DNA from: a virus
Strand: one strand, 5' to 3'
DNA: 43,906 bases
Virus record (IMG/VR): IMGVR_UViG_3300029215_000011
The notes beneath the pieces are model-generated. The model was not told where the DNA came from and did not search any database. It was given only the letters and a program-made list of their open reading frames with translations. A program made the translations under genes and the position numbers. Numbering within the stretch: the stretch's first letter is position 1; each line of letters starts with the position of its first letter. Below are positions 31,217 to 40,386 of this stretch, piece after piece.

Positions 31217-31516
31217 ATGGAAGAGTTTATAAAAATATTATTAAATCAAGGAGGAACTGTTTTATTAGCAGTTCTTTTTATTTATGTATTTGTAGAAGAT
31301 AGGAAAAGCAATAAAGAAGAAAAAGCAAATAATACACAAGTACTTAAAGAATTGTCTGGCTCTAATCAAAATATCGCCGAAAGTTTGAATTTGTTAAAAG
31401 TTACAATTGAGAATAATACCGCAGAGTATAGGCACCACGATGATAAAGCAGAGCAAAATTTTAGCAATATAAATGAGCATTTAGTAAAAATTGAAGAAAA
31501 ATTAGAGAAAAAATAG
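31217..31516 (+). CDS. BhlA/holin-like protein
   Basis: Single N-terminal transmembrane helix (GGTVLLAVLFIYVFVED) with coiled-coil tail; lysis cassette position. Confidence 0.75.
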   Translation: MEEFIKILLNQGGTVLLAVLFIYVFVEDRKSNKEEKANNTQVLKELSGSNQNIAESLNLLKVTIENNTAEYRHHDDKAEQNFSNINEHLVKIEEKLEKK

Positions 31517-31530
31517 AAAGGGGAATTTTT

Positions 31531-31791
31531 ATGGATTTTGGGAAAGCAATACAATTATTAAAAGAAGGGAAAAGAGTACAAAGACAAGGGTGGAATGGTA
31601 AAGGACAATATATAGAACTTGCGACTTGTATAAGTTATACAAATGCCAACAAAGAAATAATAAATGCTGAACATGATGCAATAGGAAACAAAGCAATAGC
31701 ATTTGTTGGAACATCAGGTGTTCAATTAGGCTGGTTAGCAAGTCAGGCAGATATGTTAGCTGATGATTGGAAAATTGTAGAGGAGGAATAA
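31531..31791 (+). CDS. DUF2829-family protein (Tad2-like, candidate anti-Thoeris)
   Basis: MDFGKAIQLLKEGKRVQRQGWNGKGQYIELA...LGWLASQADMLADDWKIVEE. Confidence 0.85.
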   Translation: MDFGKAIQLLKEGKRVQRQGWNGKGQYIELATCISYTNANKEIINAEHDAIGNKAIAFVGTSGVQLGWLASQADMLADDWKIVEEE

Positions 31792-31795
31792 AAAA

Positions 31796-32059
31796 ATGGG
31801 AAGTAAAGAATTTATAGAAAAGTGCAAAGAAATAGTAAAACAATATGCAATGGAACATTTAGATAAAAGTGATAATATTCCAGAATTTGATGTATTCGAT
31901 GTATGGTATTGTAAAACATTACAAAATCACAAAGCATTGTTAAGCACCACATTATTTGATGGAATGTATTATGAATGCACATACAACGGAGATAAAGAGG
32001 AGCTATATTTAGATGCATATAAAAAATTTGAAAATAGATGTATAGATATGGAGGAATAA
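31796..32059 (+). CDS. DUF6275-like phage protein
   Basis: FIEKCKEIVKQYAMEHLDKSD...VWYCKTLQNHKALLST; family name from memory. Confidence 0.65.
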   Translation: MGSKEFIEKCKEIVKQYAMEHLDKSDNIPEFDVFDVWYCKTLQNHKALLSTTLFDGMYYECTYNGDKEELYLDAYKKFENRCIDMEE

Positions 32060-32061
32060 TT

Positions 32062-33382
32062 ATGAATAAAAGAAAAATGATTATAACTGCAATAGTAACA
32101 ATTGTTTTGGCTATAGTTAGTGCCATTTTTGGCGTTAACTATAGTGAACGAGATGTGAAAGAAATTGCTGATTCTGTGGAAACTGTGGTTAACTATGTTG
32201 ACAATGCAACAAAAGAAATAGAAGAAACAACAGAAGTAGAAGAACAAACATTGGAAGTCGAGCAAGAAGTCGAATCCGACGCAGTTGTTGAGCAAGAGAA
32301 TATTGCATATAATGGAAGTTCTACAGGTAATGGGCTATCTATACTAGGAGAATGCACAGGATTAACTTATTATTCGCAAGCCGATACAAGATGGGCTAAT
32401 TATCCATATACATCTACAAATAACTCTACACAAACAATGAAAAGTAGTGCATGTGGTCCAACATCGGCTGCAATGGTTGTATCTAGTTCAAAAGGTTCAA
32501 TATTGCCAACCACGATGTCGGATTTATTTGTTCAAAATGGATTTAGAACTGCAAACACTGGTACTGCTTGGTCTGCATATAGTTGGGTTGCAGATTATTT
32601 TAATTTTAACGATTATAAATATACATCCAATTATAATACTATGTTAGACTATCTAAACAGGGGATATTATATAATAGCAAGTTGTGGTAGTGGCTTATTT
32701 ACTTATGGCGGACACTATATTGTATTAGTAGGAATAGAAAATGGAAATATAAAGATTTATGATCCATATTTGTATACGAGTAAATTCAATACAGCTAGTA
32801 GAAGAAACAAAGTTATTGTAAATGGAAATACTGTTTATTGTAGTATAGATAATTTTAAGAAATATGCAAATTATAAAGGCTTTTGGTGTTTCAGTAATGA
32901 TAGCGGTTTAACAGAAAATAAAAATACAGATATAAAGACTGTAGTAGCAGATAACAATATAGAAGATACAAATTATAAAGTAAGAATAACTGCAAGTAGC
33001 TTAAGAGTGCGAGAAGGTGCAAGTACAAATTATACCCAAATTTCTTCTTATAAAAAAGGTACAGTTGTTACAATCTATCAAAAATATAAAAACTGGGGCA
33101 AAACTGCATCTGGTTGGATATGTTTAGACTATACTGTTCAAACCGTTCAAAAAGCTGAACGGTTATAAAACAGGAACATATATAATTAATTGCAGTAAGT
33201 TAAATGTACGAACAGGACCTTCTACCAAAAATAGAATAAAGACATTAAAAGAACTTACAAAATCCGCTAAAAAGCAAGGGGGATACGTTAGAGGTGTACG
33301 ATGTACTGTTTCCGAGATCCGCGGTAATTGGGGAAAAACACCAAGCGGTTGGATATGTTTAGACTATTGCAATAAAATTTAA
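32062..33382 (+). CDS. C39-like peptidase/SH3 endolysin, split by +1 frame change at CGG 33160-33162
   Basis: CGPTSAAMVVSS...GGHYIVLVGIENGNIKIYDP; SH3 repeat VRITASSLRVREGAS; skipping C33160 adds GYKTGTYIINCSKLNVRTGPSTKNRIKTLKEL...SGWICLDYCNKI. Confidence 0.9.
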
Positions 33383-33413
33383 AAAAGAGGAGCATTAAAG
33401 CTCCTCAAAATTA

Positions 33414-33647
33414 TTATTCAAACAATCCAACAATTACATTGCTTTCTGCCCATTCAGATGGCTCGTTAAAGTCTACATAGTAGGTATTGTCTTCATAGAT
33501 AACATTTACTGTTGTAAAAGAATTTTCATTGTTTTTATCACATAATTCGTATAACCCATCTTGATTTTCAAAAATTCCTTTCTCTTCAAATTCTCCATTT
33601 AATTCATAATCAATTCCATCAATACTTTTAAAATTTTTCATAATCAT
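33414..33647 (-). CDS. Hypothetical small acidic protein
   Basis: ORF with RBS TTTTAGGAGGAAATG. Confidence 0.6.
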   Translation of the reverse strand: MIMKNFKSIDGIDYELNGEFEEKGIFENQDGLYELCDKNNENSFTTVNVIYEDNTYYVDFNEPSEWAESNVIVGLFE

Positions 33648-33763
33648 TTCCTCCTAAAACTTATTATTTTTAAATTTTCTATTTCTATTAAAGTTAAACC
33701 TCTTTCCGCATTTTAAATAAATGTTCTTTTGCTTTATATTCCTCCTTTGTTTTTGCTATAATT

Positions 33764-33792
33764 ATAATACCATACGGTACACCGTAAGTCAA
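33764..33792 (-). promoter_or_regulatory. Promoter with palindromic operator in the spacer (copy A)
   Basis: Minus strand TTGACT-17 bp-TATTAT with TACGGTGTACCGTA (33773-33786) in spacer. Confidence 0.75.
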
Positions 33793-33800
33793 GTACTTTT

Positions 33801-33965
33801 TTAATTTTTTTTCAAAAAATTTTCAATTTCATTTTTAAGCCAAGTAGCATAAGGCTTATCGAGCTTTCTTAAAAATTCCTCTGCTAACTCCTTATCAACT
33901 TTGGCAACTAATCTTTTATATTTTTTATTTTCCCATTCTGCTTCTTTTTGGTAATCCCTTGACAT
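33801..33965 (-). CDS. Small phage protein (54 aa)
   Basis: MSRDYQKEAEWENKKYKRLVAKVDKELAEEFLRKLDKPYATWLKNEIENFLKKN; RBS-like GGAG upstream. Confidence 0.6.
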   Translation of the reverse strand: MSRDYQKEAEWENKKYKRLVAKVDKELAEEFLRKLDKPYATWLKNEIENFLKKN

Positions 33966-34186
33966 TCACATCAACTCCTTATATAATATCCAAAGAGGAA
34001 TTATCCTCTTCGGATGGCTTAGACTAGCGCATTTCTTTTTCCTGGCGGGATTTGAAATTGTACATTTGTCTTTGCCATTTTTGTATTTCTAGGAATTGTT
34101 TATGTAATCTTGTATTTTTATTTTTCCTAGTTTTAAAAAGTTTGTATAGTAATTTTACCATTTTGCTCACCTCACTTTCTGTTATT

Positions 34187-34215
34187 ATAATATCATACGG
34201 TACACCGTATGTCAA
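34187..34215 (-). promoter_or_regulatory. Promoter with palindromic operator in the spacer (copy B)
   Basis: Minus strand TTGACA-17 bp-TATTAT with the same TACGGTGTACCGTA (34196-34209). Confidence 0.8.
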
Positions 34216-34267
34216 GCATTTTTTCAAAAAAATTCAAAAAAATTTAAAAGAGGGAAAAACCCTCTTT

Positions 34268-34654
34268 TTATTGCATATTTTTTAATTTTTGTTGTATATT
34301 ATACAATATATCAAATGCTTCTTTGCAAGTAGTATTATTTAAATCAATACCTTGTATTTGTCTAATAATATTAGTGCAAGAGGGTGTTTGATTATTAGAA
34401 GATGTAAGGGTGTTTATAACTTCAAATTTTAATTTTTTAGATTTTAACAAATTAGTGTATTTCTCTAGATTAGAAACTGGAAAACCACACTTAATTAAAT
34501 TGGGTCCAAGATCTGTTAATTTTAGCCCAATTGCTTCAGAAACTACTTTTGCATCTTCATTCAAAATATTATAAAAAATGCCAACTTTAAATAAATAGAC
34601 CTTATTTTTATCTTTCTTTTTTAATTCTTCATACTGCTTTTGTAGTTTGCTCAT
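34268..34654 (-). CDS. MutS domain-I-like small protein (candidate DGR MSL-type accessory)
   Basis: KNKVYLFKVGIFYNILNEDAKVVSEAIGLKLTDLGPNLIKCGFPVSNLEKYTNLLKSKKLKFEVI resembles MutS-I (FRMGDFYExFxEDAxxxSxxLGLxLT...CGxPxxxxxxY). Confidence 0.7.
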   Translation of the reverse strand: MSKLQKQYEELKKKDKNKVYLFKVGIFYNILNEDAKVVSEAIGLKLTDLGPNLIKCGFPVSNLEKYTNLLKSKKLKFEVINTLTSSNNQTPSCTNIIRQIQGIDLNNTTCKEAFDILYNIQQKLKNMQ

Positions 34655-34874
34655 TTTTTCTTTTCCTCCTTGTTGTATTTTTAATAACAATAATATCTCC
34701 TGGATCACATTCAAGAATTTCACACATTTTTTCTAATGTTTCAAATTTTATACCAGTTGTTTCATTGTTCATTAAATTTGAAACCGCTTGATATCCACTT
34801 CCCATATGTTTTACAAGCCAATATTTACTTTTCTTTTTTTGTTTAAGTAGTTCGTTAACTCTTATGTAAATCAT
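34629..34874 (-). CDS. HTH-XRE (Cro/CI) regulator
   Basis: MIYIRVNELLKQKKKSKYWLVKHMGSGYQAVSNLMNNETTGIKFETLEKMCEILECDPGDII. Confidence 0.85.
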   Translation of the reverse strand: MIYIRVNELLKQKKKSKYWLVKHMGSGYQAVSNLMNNETTGIKFETLEKMCEILECDPGDIIVIKNTTRRKRKNEQTTKAV

Positions 34875-35015
34875 ATTATCACCTCTTTTCTGCATAAAGA
34901 CCATTTTAAAACAAACTTATTTTTATTTTAACTGTGCTATAAATAAGTTCTTTATAAAATAACTATTGTTTAGAATAGATAAAAATGATACAATGTATAA
35001 GAAAAGAGGTACAAA

Positions 35016-35180
35016 ATGGAAAATAAAGAAATTATTAAAATATTAGATAATATTTATAAAATGCTAGATGATGAAAATGAGGCGTTAAAAGAATATGTCA
35101 CAGGCGTAAAATTGAATTTAATGGCAAGCTCAAACAACATTGAAACATATGTAGATAATATATTATCAAAACTCGAATAA
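35016..35180 (+). CDS. Small hypothetical protein
   Basis: MENKEIIKILDNIYKMLDDENEALKEYVTGVKLNLMASSNNIETYVDNILSKLE; RBS AAAGAGGT. Confidence 0.45.
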   Translation: MENKEIIKILDNIYKMLDDENEALKEYVTGVKLNLMASSNNIETYVDNILSKLE

Positions 35181-35330
35181 TGTCGAAAAATGTCGAAAAC
35201 GGAAACTGTTGAAAAATAAAGGAAATTTGATGATAATAACTATGCTATAGCATAGTTACATAAATTAACATAATATGATAAAATACTTATAGAGATATCT
35301 CCAATTTTTTGAAAAGGAGGTTTAATATAA

Positions 35331-35474
35331 GTGCAGACATTTATACAAGAAGTTATAGAAGAAAATAGGAAAAATTTTACCGATGAAGAGTATAAAATAA
35401 TAATGCACAATATAGAATTAACAAAAAAGATATATTTATTAGGTTTCGTTGATGCCAGAGATTTATATAAATAA
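35331..35474 (+). CDS. Small hypothetical protein (GTG start)
   Basis: AAAAGGAGG RBS followed by VQTFIQEVIEENRKNFTDEEYKIIMHNIELTKKIYLLGFVDARDLYK. Confidence 0.5.
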   Translation: MQTFIQEVIEENRKNFTDEEYKIIMHNIELTKKIYLLGFVDARDLYK

Positions 35475-35621
35475 TTTATAAAATAATTTCCCGACTTTTC
35501 CCGACTTTTTCCCGATTTAGTTCAGGAAATTTCGGGAAATTTTAGGAAATATAAAAACAAAAACGGGAAAAAAACAGGGGATTAAGCCAATAAAGACAAT
35601 AAAAAGTCAATATCCCATTTC

Positions 35622-35659
35622 CCGATAGGTCGTTGGTTCGAGTCCAACAAGAGGAGCCA
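35622..35659 (+). repeat. attR core (38 bp)
   Basis: Exact copy of 44-81. Confidence 0.93.
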
Positions 35660-35735
35660 TAAACGATTTTCGTCGAACCACTTGAAAGTCTTGATATAAA
35701 AGAGTTTCAAAATTTAGACAAAATCAAAAAAGAGA

Positions 35736-35773
35736 AAGAAGTTAGTTTGATTCTATAAACTAGCTTCTTTTTT
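35736..35773 (+). terminator. Intrinsic terminator downstream of attR
   Basis: AAAGAAGTTAGTTT...AAACTAGCTTCTTTTTTT. Confidence 0.75.
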
Positions 35774-35886
35774 GCTATAAAAAACAAAAATCTTTAAGGA
35801 ATTTATAAGTATTTTATGATGATTCTCGAAATCATGAAATTCGTTATTTAAATTTATAATTTTTTAAAATTTATTTTCCTCAAATA

Positions 35887-37612
35887 GGTTAGTGTAAAAT
35901 ATTTGTAGGCAAAAATAAAAATTTTGTCTACATTTTTTAATTTAATATTGAAAAAACATGGTTAATCCAATACAATGTAATCGCCCAAAAACAACGAAAG
36001 GATTGATAACCATGTTTGAAGAAATTATAGCAAGTAAAGAAGTAAAATTCAATGATTTAGAGAAAAAAGTTTATAAATTTGTATGCTTTTTTGGATGTTT
36101 AATAATAAAATTGATATTAGAGGCGTATGACAGGAAATTAATGGAAAATAGAGATAAGAAAAAATATAGACATAAAGGATTACGAGAAACATCAGTAAAT
36201 ACAATAATGGGAGAAATAAAATATAAAAGAGTAATGTATGAAGTTAAAGAAGAAGGAATAACAAAAACAGTATATTTATTAGATGAAACATTAAAAATAA
36301 GTGAGGAAGGAAAAGCATCAAGTAATTTAGTAGAAAAAGTAATAGAAACAGTACCAGTAACAGATTCATATAGAAAAGCAGAAGAAGTAATAGATACAAC
36401 AACAAATACATCTCTAAGTCATGAGAAAATAAGAAATATTATAGTAAAGATAGGAGATAAAATAACAAATAAAGAAAAAGAAGAAAGAAAATTATTTGAT
36501 AAAAACCAGTTAGTAGCAGGACTAAAAGAAGTAACAGCATTATTTGAAGAAGCAGATGGAATATGGATAAATTTACAAGGAAAAGATAGAAAAGAAAGAT
36601 TAGAAAAAAACAAACAAAAAGCAGAAAGAGAAAACAAAGAATTTAATCCAAAGATGAAAATAAAAACAGAGCTTAAATTACATGTAATGTATGAAGGATG
36701 GAAAAAAGAAGATTCCAGACATAGTTTAGTAAATAAGCAATATATAGCAGGAATAATGAAACCAAAAGAAATAGCAAGATTAAGAGATGCAAGAGTATTT
36801 AGTCAATATGATGAAAGTAAAATAAAATTAAGAGTAACAAATGGAGATGGAGCAAAATGGACAAAAGGAATAACAGCAAAAGGAGGAATATATCAAAAAG
36901 ACCAATTTCATATAATGCAAGAAATAGTAAGAGATGTACCGATAGAATATAGAAATATATTTATTGAATTAATAAATAAAAAAGAATTTGAAAAAATACA
37001 ACCAGCAATAGATGGATTAAAATACGAATTAAATGGAGAATATCAGGCAGTAAAGAAATTGAATAAGTTAGAAAGTTATTTAAGCAATGATTTAGAAAGA
37101 TATCAAGATATAGTAGAAATTCCAGAAGCGCCAGAAGGAATAGAATATAGAAATATGGGAACACAAGAAAGTCAAATATTTAGTAAATTAAAGAAAAGAT
37201 TTTGTAGTGGAAGAAAAGCATTTGGAATACATGGAGCAAATGCATTAAGTAAAATATGTGTATTAAGTGAGAAGTTTAATATAGATGAATTAGAAACACC
37301 AATACCAATAGACACAAGATTAGAAGATTGGATAAAAGAAATTGAAGAAAATGTAAAAGCAAATAAGCAACATAGAGCAAATAGAAAAGAAAAAGAAGAA
37401 AATAAAGAAATAAAAAATGTAATAATAAATTCAAAATTCATGAAAGAAATAATGAAATTAAAAGAATTTTCAGAAATGAGATGTAGTTTTTAAAGATAAA
37501 AAGACTATGTTTTATTAAATGAACAAAAATATAATAAAGTGTTGAAGCAATTGACATTGAAGGATTAGAAAAAAAGATAAAAAAATTGCCTACTTTTACT
37601 TGACACAAACCT
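35887..37612. mobile_element. ISLre2-like insertion sequence
   Basis: Imperfect terminal inverted repeats GGTTaGTGT...GTAGGCAA / TTGCCTAC...ACACaAACC around one transposase; TCAAATA flanks both ends. Confidence 0.8.
35958..37493 (+). CDS. ISLre2 family (UPF0236-type) transposase
   Basis: NTIMGEIKYKRVMYEV, GDGAKWTKG...KDQFH, and HGANALSKICVLSEKF; start may be MFEEI.... Confidence 0.85.
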   Translation: MVNPIQCNRPKTTKGLITMFEEIIASKEVKFNDLEKKVYKFVCFFGCLIIKLILEAYDRKLMENRDKKKYRHKGLRETSVNTIMGEIKYKRVMYEVKEEGITKTVYLLDETLKISEEGKASSNLVEKVIETVPVTDSYRKAEEVIDTTTNTSLSHEKIRNIIVKIGDKITNKEKEERKLFDKNQLVAGLKEVTALFEEADGIWINLQGKDRKERLEKNKQKAERENKEFNPKMKIKTELKLHVMYEGWKKEDSRHSLVNKQYIAGIMKPKEIARLRDARVFSQYDESKIKLRVTNGDGAKWTKGITAKGGIYQKDQFHIMQEIVRDVPIEYRNIFIELINKKEFEKIQPAIDGLKYELNGEYQAVKKLNKLESYLSNDLERYQDIVEIPEAPEGIEYRNMGTQESQIFSKLKKRFCSGRKAFGIHGANALSKICVLSEKFNIDELETPIPIDTRLEDWIKEIEENVKANKQHRANRKEKEENKEIKNVIINSKFMKEIMKLKEFSEMRCSF

Positions 37613-37661
37613 CAAATAGCGAATCTTCGTGAGATGCTTGAAAAAAGGAGGTTTTTGTGAT

Positions 37662-37928
37662 ATGATAGATATCGTTAAAAGAAAAATTAATATGACTGAT
37701 GAACTACGTTCAAAAATTAAATGGGCTTGCACTTTTAATAATTGTGTACCAATGATAAAGAACGGTAGTCTAAAAATTATTGAGCATACTAATTTAGCCT
37801 ATGTAGAGCCACATAGAGTTATTATTAAAGAAAAATTATTTCTATTTTTTAATAATCATGAGTATTTCTATATAGGTAATTTAGAGAATAAGTATCCAAT
37901 TGCTAGACTGCAAGATATGGTAAACTAA
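37662..37928 (+). CDS. Hypothetical protein
   Basis: ORF MIDIVKRKINMTDELRSKIKWACTF with upstream AAAAGGAGG. Confidence 0.5.
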   Translation: MIDIVKRKINMTDELRSKIKWACTFNNCVPMIKNGSLKIIEHTNLAYVEPHRVIIKEKLFLFFNNHEYFYIGNLENKYPIARLQDMVN

Positions 37929-38060
37929 TATTTTAAGTGTATTTAATTTTTTCTACTAACATCACAACAAAATAACATATAAATATATTTAGAGTATTAG
38001 TTTAGCATATAAATGCTTCTAATACTCTTTTGTGTTTTTATGAGAAAGGAGACGATATAA

Positions 38061-40001
<1,941 letters not shown>

Positions 40002-40386
40002 CTAAAGCTTCGTAGCATTTCGAAGAAAGGCTACGAAGCAGGAATTTGACTTTGTCAAAATTCCTAACCCCCTATGAGTTTTGACATGCTATCAAAACTC
40101 GGGGGCTCTGCGAGGCATCGAATTAGCGACAAATTTTATAAAAAGCACCTAATATTTGGAACAAAATAGTACCTAATTTTGTTCCAAATAAGTACATAAA
40201 AATAAATTTTATGTACCGCTTTTTATAAAATACTTCATAAATAAAAAACAAATAATGTTCCAAAATAGAGTAATATTTTTATTTATTCGTTCGCTAATTC
40301 TAGGTAAGTTCTACGAAGTTTTTTATAAAGTTATGGCTACGAAGTTTTCTTTTTTTAGAGCAAATACTAGAAGAAAGGAGAACATT

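Larger units (their letters stand above)
44..35659. mobile_element. Prophage integrated in tRNA-Asn
   Basis: Bounded by att repeats; integrase, recombination, packaging, head, tail, lysis and DGR modules. Confidence 0.95.

Noticed and set aside
6564-33162. Sequencing or assembly error as the sole cause of the five frame breaks
   Set aside because: Not fully excluded without reads, but homopolymer errors would not repeatedly place one extra C before GG to create CGG in five genes. The upstream contexts (ACAACGG, AGGTCGG, ACAGCGG, AGAGCGG, TGAACGG) lack long homopolymers and are not one repeated motif.
6564-33162. Classical P-site slippage programmed frameshifting (prfB-like)
   Set aside because: The codons before CGG (CAA, GGT, CAG, GAG, GAA) do not re-pair well in the +1 frame and no common upstream SD-like element or in-frame stop is present; the shared feature is CGG itself.
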